This document shows, piece by piece, positions 28,832 through 37,609 of a stretch of DNA of 64,000 nt. Source of the stretch: a bacterium (GTDB taxonomy: Bacteria; Patescibacteriota; Minisyncoccia; Phycocordibacterales; UBA9973); the NCBI GenBank assembly GCA_037200905.1, contig JBBCGN010000002.1, forward strand, positions 22,879-86,878, given 5' to 3'. The translations under genes and the position numbers were made by a program. How positions within the stretch are numbered: position 1 is the stretch's first letter; every line of letters starts with the position of its first letter. A model generated the notes under the pieces. It was not told the DNA's origin. It searched no databases and saw only the letters and a list, made by a program, of their open reading frames with translations.

Positions 28832-28862
28832 AGGTTTTCTATGGTATCATAGATTTGCAAAT

Positions 28863-29480
28863 ATGCAAGCGACCAATGCCGTATTCTACATAGCCATAGT
28901 CATCATGTCGGTCGTCATCCATGAAGTGTCTCACGGGTTCGTGGCCGAGCTCTTCGGCGACAACACCGCCCGCGACGCGGGGCGCCTGACGCTCAACCCG
29001 CTCAAGCACCTCGACGTCTTCGGCTCCATCATCCTGCCGATCCTTCTCTACCTCTCTGCCGGATTCACTTTCGGCTGGGCCAAGCCCGTGCCATATAATC
29101 CGAACAATCTCTCGAACCGGAAGTGGGGGACCGTATTGGTAGCCGCGGCCGGCGTGCTCGCCAACTTCTTCATCGCTTTCATCTTCGGGCTCGTCATCCG
29201 CTTTGCCGGCCCCGCAGCCGCTTCGGAGAATTTCTATTTCATCCTTTCTACTATCGTCATCGTCAACATCGCTCTCGGCCTGTTCAACCTCGTGCCCATT
29301 CCGCCGCTCGATGGCTCGAAGATCCTTTTCACGCTTCTCGGCAGGCCGTTCTGGCGCGCGGCGCGCTTTCTCGAGACGTACTCCCTTGTTTTCGTCGTTG
29401 TCTTTATTGCCTTTTTCGCCGATCGGCTCTATCCGCTGGTAGCCTCGCTCTTTCACGCTTTTACCGGCCTTGCCCTCTAG
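28863..29480 (+). CDS. Site-2 protease family (M50) membrane metalloprotease
   Basis: I place the start at the ATG at 28863, within ORF 28605... It has the HEVSHG zinc motif and NLVPIPPLDGSK. Confidence 0.85.
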   Translation: MQATNAVFYIAIVIMSVVIHEVSHGFVAELFGDNTARDAGRLTLNPLKHLDVFGSIILPILLYLSAGFTFGWAKPVPYNPNNLSNRKWGTVLVAAAGVLANFFIAFIFGLVIRFAGPAAASENFYFILSTIVIVNIALGLFNLVPIPPLDGSKILFTLLGRPFWRAARFLETYSLVFVVVFIAFFADRLYPLVASLFHAFTGLAL

Positions 29481-29491
29481 CGGCTCGGGAG

Positions 29492-29520
29492 TTGCATTTT
29501 TAAACGATATATAGTAGATT
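29492..29520 (+). promoter_or_regulatory. Promoter candidate for rpsL-rpsG
   Basis: The arrangement is TTGCAT-N17-TAGATT. Confidence 0.4.
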
Positions 29521-29608
29521 ACTCAGACCACGAGAGTCTTTCCCGCTTTCTGCGGGACCCCGCCACAGGCGGTGGCGGATTCTTTTGCGTTATACAAGTT
29601 AGACAGAA

Positions 29609-30022
29609 ATGCCAACAATAAATCAGCTCATAAAGAAAAACCGCAAGAAAGTCACCCGCAAATCAAAGACGGTGGCTTTGGCGCGCGGATTCAACGTCTT
29701 GAAGAACAAGCCGATCTTCTATCCGGCTCCTTTCAAGAGAGGCGTGTGCACGAAAGTCACTACCACCACCCCGAAGAAGCCTAACTCCGCGCTCCGCAAG
29801 ATCGCCCGCGTCCGTCTCACCAACGGCATGGAAGTCACCGCATACATCCCAGGAGAAGGACACAACTTGCAGGAACACTCCGTGGTCATGCTCCGCGGCG
29901 GCCGCGTCAAGGACTTGATCGGAGTCAGGTATCACATCGTCCGCGGCGTGCTCGACACCCAGGGCGTTGAGAAGCGCCGACAGGGCCGCTCTCTCTACGG
30001 CAACAAGAAGCCGAAGAAATAA
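29609..30022 (+). CDS. rpsL: 30S ribosomal protein S12
   Basis: The sequence reads [14 protein letters not shown]...[19 protein letters not shown]. Confidence 0.97.
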   Translation: MPTINQLIKKNRKKVTRKSKTVALARGFNVLKNKPIFYPAPFKRGVCTKVTTTTPKKPNSALRKIARVRLTNGMEVTAYIPGEGHNLQEHSVVMLRGGRVKDLIGVRYHIVRGVLDTQGVEKRRQGRSLYGNKKPKK

Positions 30023-30037
30023 TTTTAGATACTATTT

Positions 30038-30508
30038 ATGCGAAGAAAAATAACCAACAGAAATATCGTCCAGCCTGATTTCGTCTACAACTCGCAGAAG
30101 TTGGAGAAGTTCATAAACTACGTCATGTGGTCCGGCAAGAAGGAGACTTCACGCAAGATCATGTACAAGGCCTTTGACGTCATCAAGGAAAAGACAGGCA
30201 ATCCGAACCCGCTCGAAGTCTTCGACCTGGCCATGAAGAACGCCGGTCCGCTCACTGAAGTGCGCTCGAAGCGTATCGGAGGCGCGAACTACCAGGTGCC
30301 TCGCGAAGTCCGCCCTGAACGCCGCCTGGCTCTCGCCATGCGCTGGATCCGCGACGCAGCCCGCGCCAAGAAAGGCTCACCGATGCATTTGAAACTCGCT
30401 GACGAGATCATCGCAGCATCGAAGAACGAAGGCTCTGCCATCAAGAAGAAAGAAGATACTCACAAGATGGCCGAAGCGAACAAGGCGTTCGCCCACTTCG
30501 CTTGGTAA
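30038..30508 (+). CDS. rpsG: 30S ribosomal protein S7
   Basis: It is an S7 family sequence ending in ...[10 protein letters not shown]. Confidence 0.97.
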   Translation: MRRKITNRNIVQPDFVYNSQKLEKFINYVMWSGKKETSRKIMYKAFDVIKEKTGNPNPLEVFDLAMKNAGPLTEVRSKRIGGANYQVPREVRPERRLALAMRWIRDAARAKKGSPMHLKLADEIIAASKNEGSAIKKKEDTHKMAEANKAFAHFAW

Positions 30509-30524
30509 TATAAACGACAGATCA

Positions 30525-30560
30525 CCAAAGAGCCCCGCGAGGGGCTCTTTGGTTTTGTTT
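30525..30560 (+). terminator. Strong rho-independent terminator directly after rpsG
   Basis: The structure is CCAAAGAGCCCC-gcga-GGGGCTCTTTGG-TTTT. Confidence 0.8.
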
Positions 30561-30586
30561 GACACTTTCTCCGCAATCAGTAGACT
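30559..30586 (+). promoter_or_regulatory. Promoter candidate for the 100-aa orphan gene
   Basis: The arrangement is TTGACA-N16-TAGACT. Confidence 0.5.
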
Positions 30587-30603
30587 AAAAGAAAAGTCGT
30601 ACA

Positions 30604-30906
30604 ATGGCAAATCTAAGAGAACTAGCAGGCAAGCTCCGCAGAGTCCAGAAAGAGGACCCTGGCAGTACGGAGCAGCAGGTCGTGCTGTGTTTTGAGATAA
30701 TGGAATTGTATTCTGCGATCGGAGCCAAGTTTCGGACCAAGCAAGATCAGGAGAATTGCATATACGCGGCAATCACATTATCGCATCTCAGACAGGAGGG
30801 TTTGGCGGCAAGGGTTATGGTTCTGTTGAATGATTCTCATTTGCCCACTCGGGCTGAGCAGATACTCAACGCCAATCTTCCGAATATGGCACCTATCAAG
30901 CAATAA
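30604..30906 (+). CDS. Hypothetical protein (100 aa), an orphan unit between rpsG and fusA
   Basis: The ORF has its own promoter-like and terminator-like signals and lower GC. I recognise no family. Confidence 0.5.
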   Translation: MANLRELAGKLRRVQKEDPGSTEQQVVLCFEIMELYSAIGAKFRTKQDQENCIYAAITLSHLRQEGLAARVMVLLNDSHLPTRAEQILNANLPNMAPIKQ

Positions 30907-30927
30907 CTCCCGCAAGGGAGTTTTTTG
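30906..30927 (+). terminator. Rho-independent terminator after the orphan gene
   Basis: The structure is ACTCCC-gcaa-GGGAGT-TTTTT. Confidence 0.75.
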
Positions 30928-30928
30928 T

Positions 30929-30985
30929 TTGCAAAACCATGCTATATGTTATATAGTACTCACAGCGCACGAGGCGCTATTTTTG
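30929..30985 (+). promoter_or_regulatory. fusA promoter candidate plus a promoter-proximal hairpin/U-tract
   Basis: The promoter is TTGCAA-N17-TATAGT (30929-30957). It is followed by AGCGC-acgag-GCGCT-ATTTTTG (30964-30985). Confidence 0.45.
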
Positions 30986-31026
30986 TTATCAAAAACATTA
31001 TTATTAATTACTAATTAGCAATATTT

Positions 31027-33174
31027 ATGGACAGAGATTATCCACTGGAGAAAGTTAGAAATTTCGGCATCATCGCTCACATCGATGCGGGCAAGACCAC
31101 CACGACCGAGCGCGTGCTGTATTACACCGGCGTATCACACAAGATCGGCGAAGTGCACGACGGCGAGACCACCACTGACTGGATGGAGCAGGAGCGCGAG
31201 CGCGGCATCACCATTACCTCCGCGGCGGTGACTTGTTTCTGGACTCCCACCTATGCCCTGACCGACAAGACCAAGAAGCAGCGTTTCAATATCATCGATA
31301 CTCCCGGGCACATCGACTTCACTGTGGAAGTGAAGCGCTCTCTGCGCGTGCTCGACGGCGCAGTCGTCGTGTTCGACGGCGTGGCCGGCGTCGAACCTCA
31401 GTCCGAGACCAACTGGCGCTATGCCGACGAAGCGAAAGTGCCTCGTATCTGCTTCATCAACAAGCTCGACCGTACGGGCGCCTCGTTTGAACATTCTTTC
31501 GCGACCATTCTCGACCGCCTGAACAGGAACGCGGTCCGCATGCAGATTCCGATCGGCCTCGAAGAGAAGCACGAGGGCGTCATCGACCTTCTGAAGATGA
31601 AGGCCTACTATTTCGAAGGCGACATGGGCAACAAAGTCATCGAGAAGGAAATCCCTGAAGAATTGAAGAAGGAAGCGGAAGGCTACCACGCAGAACTCAT
31701 CGAGAAGATCGTCGAACAGGATGACGTCCTCATGACGCAGTATCTCGACGGCATTGTTCCTGACGTTGAGACCCTCAAGAAGACTCTCCGCAAGGCTGTC
31801 ATCGCGAACGCAATCTTTCCGGTCTTCGCAGGATCTGCTCTCAAGAACAAGGGCGTGCAGCTCGTGCTCGATGCCGTTATCGACTACTTACCGTCGCCGC
31901 TCGACATTCCGCCGATCCCTGGCATCAATCCCGACAACGACGAGCCTATGGTCCGCCATGCCTCCGATTCCGAGCCGTTCGCGGCCCTCGCTTTCAAAGT
32001 GGCTACCGACCCGTTCGTAGGACAAATCATCTTCTTCCGCGTCTATTCCGGTACATTGACCGCAGGCTCGTACGTCTACAATCCTCGCACTCGCAACAAA
32101 GAACGCATCGGACGTATTCTTCGCATGCATGCCAACGACCGTGAGGAAGTGAAGAAAGTCTATGCCGGAGAAATCGCTGCCGCTGTGGGGCTGAAAGACA
32201 CCATCACTTCCGACACCATTTGCGATGAAAATGCTCCGGTAGAATTGAATCGCATCGTCTTCCCGGAACCTGTTATCTCTCTCCGCATCGAGCCGAAGAC
32301 AAAGGCTGACCAGGAAAAAATGGGCATGGCACTCAACCGTCTCGCTCAGGAAGATCCTACTTTCAAAGTCACTACCGACCAGGAAACAGGGGAGACTATC
32401 ATCGCCGGCATGGGCGAACTCCACTTGGAAATCATCGTTGACCGCATGAAGCGCGAGTTCGCCGTCGAGGCGAATGTCGGCAAGCCGCAGGTGGCTTACC
32501 GCGAGACCATCAACGGCTCTGCGGAAGCCGAAGGCAAATACATCAAGCAGTCCGGCGGCCGCGGTAACTACGGTCACGTGAAGATCAAGATCAAGCCGAT
32601 GGTAGCGCTTACCAAAGAAGAGGTGGAAGACCTGCCGAAGAACACCAAGCGCTCCGACGGATTCGAGTTCATCAACAACATCAAGGGTGGCGTCATTCCT
32701 CAGGAATACATCGCTCCGTGCGAAAAGGGCTTCAAGGAGGGCCTCGACCGCGGCATCCTCGCGGGCTTCAAGATGGTCAACGTTTCCGTCGACCTCTGGG
32801 ACGGCTCATACCACGAAGTGGACTCGAACGAAATGGCCTTCAAGATCGCCGCATCTATGGCTATCCAGGACGCTGCGCGACGCGCGAACCCGGTCATCCT
32901 CGAGCCGATGATGAAGGTGGAAGTCGTCACTCCGGACAAGTTCATGGGCGACGTCACAGGAAACCTGTCGTCGAAGCGCGGACTGATCGAAGGCATGGAA
33001 GACAGGGGATTGAACAAGGTGGTGAAAGCCATCGTGCCCCTTTCCGAGATGTTCGGCTACATGACCGGACTCCGCTCCATGACCGAAGGCCGCGCCGGCT
33101 TCACCATGGAATTCCTCCGCTACGACATCGTGCCGCAGAACGTGGCCGAGACTATCATCGCCGCAAGGAAATAA
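31027..33174 (+). CDS. fusA: Translation elongation factor G
   Basis: It has the [10 protein letters not shown]1 motif and DTPGHIDF; 715 aa and full length. Confidence 0.97.
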   Translation: MDRDYPLEKVRNFGIIAHIDAGKTTTTERVLYYTGVSHKIGEVHDGETTTDWMEQERERGITITSAAVTCFWTPTYALTDKTKKQRFNIIDTPGHIDFTVEVKRSLRVLDGAVVVFDGVAGVEPQSETNWRYADEAKVPRICFINKLDRTGASFEHSFATILDRLNRNAVRMQIPIGLEEKHEGVIDLLKMKAYYFEGDMGNKVIEKEIPEELKKEAEGYHAELIEKIVEQDDVLMTQYLDGIVPDVETLKKTLRKAVIANAIFPVFAGSALKNKGVQLVLDAVIDYLPSPLDIPPIPGINPDNDEPMVRHASDSEPFAALAFKVATDPFVGQIIFFRVYSGTLTAGSYVYNPRTRNKERIGRILRMHANDREEVKKVYAGEIAAAVGLKDTITSDTICDENAPVELNRIVFPEPVISLRIEPKTKADQEKMGMALNRLAQEDPTFKVTTDQETGETIIAGMGELHLEIIVDRMKREFAVEANVGKPQVAYRETINGSAEAEGKYIKQSGGRGNYGHVKIKIKPMVALTKEEVEDLPKNTKRSDGFEFINNIKGGVIPQEYIAPCEKGFKEGLDRGILAGFKMVNVSVDLWDGSYHEVDSNEMAFKIAASMAIQDAARRANPVILEPMMKVEVVTPDKFMGDVTGNLSSKRGLIEGMEDRGLNKVVKAIVPLSEMFGYMTGLRSMTEGRAGFTMEFLRYDIVPQNVAETIIAARK

Positions 33175-33195
33175 CAAGAAAATTCTTACTGCATA

Positions 33196-33230
33196 AAAAG
33201 CGCCCGCCGATGGGCGCTTTTGACTTTTTG
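33196..33230 (+). terminator. Rho-independent terminator after fusA
   Basis: The structure is AAAAGCGCCC-gccgat-GGGCGCTTTT. Confidence 0.75.
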
Positions 33231-33264
33231 CGTATAAGGACTAAGGTATACAAAACAGTTATTT

Positions 33265-33615
33265 ATGACACTTATAGATTTACCCCAATTTCCTGTTTTA
33301 CCAACTGCCCTGCAGGATCAATTACTCCAATCTGATGCGCAGATGATATCCGGTAACTACCGTCTCGCCAATTTTAAGAAAGATGTCTCTATAGATATCG
33401 AATTGTATGACGCAAACGGCATGATGATAGATACGATTACGAAATCACTTTTTGTGCGAGAACGAGGCACAGTCATCATGCTGAAGGGAGTAGTGGAACT
33501 CGGATATCAATATGTGGCCGGAAAAAAGGTAAGCATCCATCTCTATAATGTAGGGGAATATGGTTCTTATACAAATTTCGGACACTTTATTCTTTTTCTC
33601 GAAAAGGAAGGATAG
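33265..33615 (+). CDS. Hypothetical protein (116 aa), low GC
   Basis: The ORF has a downstream terminator. I recognise no family. Confidence 0.5.
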   Translation: MTLIDLPQFPVLPTALQDQLLQSDAQMISGNYRLANFKKDVSIDIELYDANGMMIDTITKSLFVRERGTVIMLKGVVELGYQYVAGKKVSIHLYNVGEYGSYTNFGHFILFLEKEG

Positions 33616-33636
33616 GCAGGAAAAACCAAAGAATTT

Positions 33637-33663
33637 AAACACCTCACGAGAGGTGTTTTTTTG
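33637..33663 (+). terminator. Rho-independent terminator
   Basis: The structure is AAACACCTC-acga-GAGGTGTTT-TTTTT. Confidence 0.75.
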
Positions 33664-33669
33664 TTTGCG

Positions 33670-33697
33670 TTGACAAAATCAGAAATTAATGTAATTT
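33670..33697 (+). promoter_or_regulatory. Promoter candidate for the pyrE-pyrF fusion gene
   Basis: The arrangement is TTGACA-N16-TAATTT. Confidence 0.45.
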
Positions 33698-33742
33698 GAT
33701 GAGTGACAAGAAACAAATTTGTAACTTTAAAAATCAATAAAA

Positions 33743-35314
33743 ATGAAAGAACAGTTTATCCGCGGGATACTGAACCGCAAGCTTACTACCATAGCTTTCA
33801 GGCTGCCTATTATTTTTAAGATAGGCCTGCCCTCGCCGGTATACGGGGATTATAGATCCGTATTTTCGTATCCCGAACTCCGGGAAATGGCATGCGAAAT
33901 GATGTATGACTCTTTGGAAAGAACCAATATCGACGTTGTGTACGGTGTTTCCGAAGGAGCATTATCAGCGGCAGCGGTGTTCGCCCATGTGTACGGGCTT
34001 GATTATGGCTTTATCAGAAAAGATGCCAAGGTAAAAGATTATGGCTTGGGCAAACTCATTGAAGGTGCCAGTGTGGCAGGTCGCGATGTGCTTCTTATCG
34101 AGGATCTCGTAACGAGCGGCTCGAGCGTTATCAATAACGCTCTTATCCTATTAAAGTCTGGCGCGCGATCAGTCACTATCCGCGTGCTTTTCTCTTATGA
34201 TATGGCTATCGCACAGAAAGAATTCCAGGAAGCCGGTCTTTCGTATAAAGCGCTTATCACTGTTTATGATGTCATGCCGTATCTCAAAGAGATACTGAGT
34301 GTGCCCGAGTATGACAGCCTCGAAGACTGGTTGAAAGATTCTGCCGGATGGTTCGAACGGCACAAGCTGGAGTTCCAGTTCGGCTTCCTGACGGACCTGC
34401 GCATTTCTGCAGAACGCACTGGTAGTCTCATCTGTGCCGGTATCGATCCCGTATTGGAATCGCTGCCAGCAGGCCGCACCAGGAGTATTGCCGGATTCGC
34501 CGCGCATATGGAGGACGTATTTTCCGAGATGAAAGCGCAGGGCGTGCCTTTGGGCATGATAAAGCCCAATCACGGATTTTATGAAATCCATAACCGACCC
34601 TGGGACAGAAAACAGGAAGGAGACCACGCCCTGCTGCGCATCATGCAGGCGGCGAAGAAAAATTTTCCCGATATAAAGATCAATACAGATGCAAAAAGAG
34701 GGGACATCGGGAAAAGTTCCGAAAATTATGCCCAGGCATGGCTTGGCGAAAATGGCTGGCGGGCGGATGCGGTGACAGTGCACGGATACATGGGCACTGA
34801 TTCGGTGGAGCCGTTTACAAAATTTTGTAACGACAAAGACCGCAAAGGAGCTTATATACTATGCCTGACTTCGAACCCGGGTTCGAAAGATGTCCAGAAG
34901 CTGGAACTTGGCAATTGGAAGTATGTGTATGAAGCCATGGGTCAGAATATCATCAAGTGGGCGGCAAAGAAGCCGGGCGTGGGCGCTGTTATTCCCGGCA
35001 ATTCGCCGAAAGAATTATCGGTGCTTGCAAGATTATTTGCGGGTAAGAGCATTCCGACCCTGCTGCCCGGCATCGGATCGCAGGGAGGCAGAGCGGATGT
35101 AGTGATGCAGAATTTGCACGATGCGAAATTCGAAGTCGAGCTTGCTCGCCTGAGCGTCTCGAGCCACTTCACGCATCCCTGGTATTCGGAAAAGAAGCCC
35201 AATGCGCCGATCCCTCCGAGGAACGAGTGCATCGAAATGTCAGTGAACGCTATAAAGGAATTGAACGAACAGGTAGGATACAAGCAAAACCTGCCGACTG
35301 ATTTTCTTGATTGA
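33743..35314 (+). CDS. pyrE-pyrF: Bifunctional orotate phosphoribosyltransferase / OMP decarboxylase (UMP-synthase-like PyrE-PyrF fusion)
   Basis: The N-terminal half has the PRTase motif VLLIEDLVTSGSSV. The C-terminal half has type-2 OMPdecase motifs: ICAGIDP, KPNHGFYE, DAKRGDIGKSSENYA, LTSNPG and PGIGSQGG. Confidence 0.85.
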   Translation: MKEQFIRGILNRKLTTIAFRLPIIFKIGLPSPVYGDYRSVFSYPELREMACEMMYDSLERTNIDVVYGVSEGALSAAAVFAHVYGLDYGFIRKDAKVKDYGLGKLIEGASVAGRDVLLIEDLVTSGSSVINNALILLKSGARSVTIRVLFSYDMAIAQKEFQEAGLSYKALITVYDVMPYLKEILSVPEYDSLEDWLKDSAGWFERHKLEFQFGFLTDLRISAERTGSLICAGIDPVLESLPAGRTRSIAGFAAHMEDVFSEMKAQGVPLGMIKPNHGFYEIHNRPWDRKQEGDHALLRIMQAAKKNFPDIKINTDAKRGDIGKSSENYAQAWLGENGWRADAVTVHGYMGTDSVEPFTKFCNDKDRKGAYILCLTSNPGSKDVQKLELGNWKYVYEAMGQNIIKWAAKKPGVGAVIPGNSPKELSVLARLFAGKSIPTLLPGIGSQGGRADVVMQNLHDAKFEVELARLSVSSHFTHPWYSEKKPNAPIPPRNECIEMSVNAIKELNEQVGYKQNLPTDFLD

Positions 35315-35320
35315 AATAGT

Positions 35321-35352
35321 AAAGACCGAACGAATCCGTTCGGTCTTTTTCA
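35321..35352 (+). terminator. Rho-independent terminator after pyrE-pyrF
   Basis: The structure is AAAGACCGAACG-aatc-CGTTCGGTCTTT-TT. Confidence 0.8.
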
Positions 35353-35356
35353 TTTT

Positions 35357-35396
35357 ATAAATAAAAAACCGCTTTGAATGAATATTCAAAGCGGTT
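35357..35396 (-). terminator. Rho-independent terminator of a minus-strand mini-unit
   Basis: On the minus strand the structure is AACCGCTTTGAAT-attc-ATTCAAAGCGGTT-TTTTATTTAT. Confidence 0.75.
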
Positions 35397-35405
35397 CGAT
35401 GCAGT

Positions 35406-35591
35406 TTATCGCATCATTGCAGGTTCAACATCCGAATTATCATCGCTTTGGCGATTTCGAAACCCTTCAAAGGATTCGAATTTGAACCGGTTGGTTCTGG
35501 GCCATGAAGGGGCGCAAGGCGATGTCGGACGAGTCAGATCCCAAATTCCCATGAGGATAAGGGCTCCAAACAAGATCAAAGCTACTGTCAT
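35406..35591 (-). CDS. Small protein (61 aa) with an N-terminal TM helix, or a non-coding transcript
   Basis: The ORF MTVALILFGALILMGIWDL... lies between a minus-strand TTGACA-N17-TATACT promoter (35640-35668) and the minus-strand terminator. I see no SD. Confidence 0.4.
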   Translation of the reverse strand: MTVALILFGALILMGIWDLTRPTSPCAPSWPRTNRFKFESFEGFRNRQSDDNSDVEPAMMR

Positions 35592-35639
35592 AGTCTGCTG
35601 GTTTTTTGAGATTAATAATAAAGGAACTTGTACAGGCGT

Positions 35640-35668
35640 AGTATATCACAATTAATTCATTTTGTCAA
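35640..35668 (-). promoter_or_regulatory. Minus-strand sigma70-type promoter
   Basis: TTGACA is the reverse complement of 35663-35668 and TATACT is the reverse complement of 35640-35645, with N17 between them. Confidence 0.55.
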
Positions 35669-35727
35669 CTACAACATAGCTTTGCCTAGGCCGTCAACAG
35701 GGGGCAGGCCGGGGCGAAAAAGAGGGT

Positions 35728-35781
35728 TTGACATTGTTTTATAATCTGCTAATATGGCTTCAAAGCCCCTTCGGGTTTTTT
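35728..35781 (+). promoter_or_regulatory. tuf promoter candidate (TGn-extended -10) plus a 5'-proximal UUCG hairpin/U-tract
   Basis: The promoter is GGGTTTGACA-N16-(TGC)TAATAT at 35728-35755. It is followed by AAAGCCC-CTTC-GGGTTTTTT at 35762-35781. Confidence 0.55.
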
Positions 35782-35906
35782 CTATTGCCAATTTTGGCAG
35801 TTGACCACTGGTTTATTATAAATTATTAGTTTAAGTACGTTAGTAGGCAGGCCTTAGCAACTGGTTATCGTATGCTGAGTCTTACTTATTAGCCCAATAA
35901 AAGAAT

Positions 35907-37100
35907 ATGGCAGAAGAATTTAAAAGAGACAAGCCACACATCAACGTCGGTACTATCGGTCACGTCGACCATGGTAAGACCACGCTTACTGCGGCTATTT
36001 TGCACGTGTTGAGCATCGCTGGAAAGCAGGTCCGCTTGAAGGACGTGTCCCAGATCGACAACGCTCCCGAGGAAAAGGCTCGTGGAATCACCATTAACAT
36101 CTCCCACAACGAATACTCTACTGATGCCCGCCACTACGCGCACATCGACGCTCCTGGACACGCTGACTACATCAAGAACATGATAACTGGTGCAGCACAG
36201 ATGGACGGTGCGATACTCGTCGTCGCAGCTACTGACGGCGCCATGCCGCAGACCCGCGAACACGTTTTGCTCGCAAAACAGGTTGGCGTGCCGAAGATCA
36301 TCGTTTTCCTCAACAAGTGCGACATGGTTGACGACAAAGACATGCTCGACCTCGTCGAAGAAGAAATCCGCGAACTCCTCACGAAGCAAGGCTTTGACGG
36401 CGCTGGCGCCCCGGTTATCCGGGGATCTGCTCTCAAGGGCCTCGAAGCAGCTACCGTTGACGATGAATGGGCAAAGAAGATCCTTGAATTGACCGACGCT
36501 CTCGATACGTACATCCCGGTCCCGGAGCGCGATGTCACCAAGCCTTTCCTCATGCCTGTCGAAGACATCTTCTCTATCGAAGGCCGCGGCACAGTCGTGA
36601 CCGGTAAGATCGAGCGAGGTATCGTCAAAGTCGGCGAAGATATCGAAATCGTCGGTATCAAGGCTACCCAGAAATCTACCGTTACCGGTATCGAGATGTT
36701 CAACAAGAACCTCCAGGAAGGCATGGCTGGCGACAACGCCGGAATACTGCTCCGCGGTCTCAAGAAGGAAGACATCACTCGCGGACAGGTCCTCGCAAAG
36801 CCGGGAACCGTTACTCCGCACGATAACTTTACTGCAGAAATCTACGTCTTGAAGAAGGAAGAAGGCGGTCGTCACACTCCATTCTTCAAGGGTTACAAGC
36901 CTCAGTTCTACATCCGCACCACGGACGTGACCGGAGATGTGACCCTCGCTGAAGGCACTGAGATGGTCATGCCTGGAGATACTGTAAAGATCACCGTCAA
37001 GCTCGTTACCCCTGTCGCTCTCGAAGAGAGCCAGCGCTTCGCTATCCGCGAAGGCGGCAAGACTGTCGGCGCAGGAGTCGTCACCAAGATCATCGCGTAA
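35907..37100 (+). CDS. tuf: Translation elongation factor Tu
   Basis: It has [13 protein letters not shown] and DAPGHADY; 397 aa. Confidence 0.98.
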   Translation: MAEEFKRDKPHINVGTIGHVDHGKTTLTAAILHVLSIAGKQVRLKDVSQIDNAPEEKARGITINISHNEYSTDARHYAHIDAPGHADYIKNMITGAAQMDGAILVVAATDGAMPQTREHVLLAKQVGVPKIIVFLNKCDMVDDKDMLDLVEEEIRELLTKQGFDGAGAPVIRGSALKGLEAATVDDEWAKKILELTDALDTYIPVPERDVTKPFLMPVEDIFSIEGRGTVVTGKIERGIVKVGEDIEIVGIKATQKSTVTGIEMFNKNLQEGMAGDNAGILLRGLKKEDITRGQVLAKPGTVTPHDNFTAEIYVLKKEEGGRHTPFFKGYKPQFYIRTTDVTGDVTLAEGTEMVMPGDTVKITVKLVTPVALEESQRFAIREGGKTVGAGVVTKIIA

Positions 37101-37133
37101 GCTAATCGTTCAATAAAGATTCTTTAAAATTCA

Positions 37134-37550
37134 ATGGCAACTAAAGAGACAACAACAAAAAAGCCCAAGGAACCCAAAGCTGCAAAGCCGGGGGAAGCAA
37201 AGGTTGCCAAAGCTCCGCGGGCGTCCTCGAAGAAAGAAGAGGCAAAAGTAGTGCTCCGCATTCGCGTCCGCGCCTATGAGAGCAAGATTCTTGACGCATC
37301 TATCAAGCAGATCATCGACACGGCTCTCCGCTATGATGCGGAGGTCGTCGGTCCGGTGCCGCTGCCGACGGAGATCAAGAAATACACGGTGAATCGGGCG
37401 TCTTTCGTGTACAAGAATACCCGAGAGCAGTTCGAGATCCGCGTACACAAGAGACTGATAGACATCATCAATCCGAATCCGAAAACTGTCGAAGCATTGA
37501 CCAACTTGTCATTGCCTTCGGGAGTCGATATCGACGTGAAGATGCTGTAA
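37134..37550 (+). CDS. rpsJ: 30S ribosomal protein S10 with a ~38-aa Lys/Ala-rich N-terminal extension
   Basis: The S10 core is LRIRVRAYESKILD...IDVKML. It is preceded by MATKETTTKKPKEPKAAKPGEAKVAKAP... Confidence 0.95.
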   Translation: MATKETTTKKPKEPKAAKPGEAKVAKAPRASSKKEEAKVVLRIRVRAYESKILDASIKQIIDTALRYDAEVVGPVPLPTEIKKYTVNRASFVYKNTREQFEIRVHKRLIDIINPNPKTVEALTNLSLPSGVDIDVKML

Positions 37551-37565
37551 GACCGCACGACGAGT

Positions 37566-37609
37566 GCGTCGCGCCGAAAGGACTGGCGCGACCTGATTCG
37601 CAAAATCAT
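37566..37609 (+). promoter_or_regulatory. Conserved two-hairpin leader element, copy 1, abutting the rplC start codon
   Basis: The GC hairpin is GTCGCGCC-GAAAGGACT-GGCGCGAC. The second hairpin is TGATT-CGCAA-AATCA, followed by T and then ATG (37610). Confidence 0.7.

Noticed and set aside
28605-28862. ORF 28605-29480 has an N-terminal extension upstream of the M50 protease. Analogous extensions occur at 48068-48421 (adk), 17892-17978 (pilD), 18176-18778 (minor pilin), 27166-27222 (helicase), 40131-40178 (rpsS), 45527-45562 (rpsE) and 52709-52762 (ndk).
   Set aside because: The extensions run antisense through, or overlap, neighbouring real genes (rpmB, the cmk-like gene, pilin 3, pilD) or lack homology. 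Internal ATGs give family-typical N-termini.
35374-35655. A plus-strand 93-aa ORF and a minus-strand 60-aa ORF (35467-35649) lie in the pyrE-pyrF/tuf spacer.
   Set aside because: The plus-strand ORF starts inside a terminator hairpin and has no promoter. The 35467-35649 ORF starts upstream of the predicted minus-strand TSS. Only 35406-35591 fits the promoter/terminator pair.
35889-36875. A 328-aa minus-strand ORF lies antisense to tuf, and other alternative-frame ORFs lie inside tuf, fusA and secY.
   Set aside because: EF-Tu, EF-G and SecY are unambiguous on the plus strand. The overlapping ORFs have no family resemblance or start signals.
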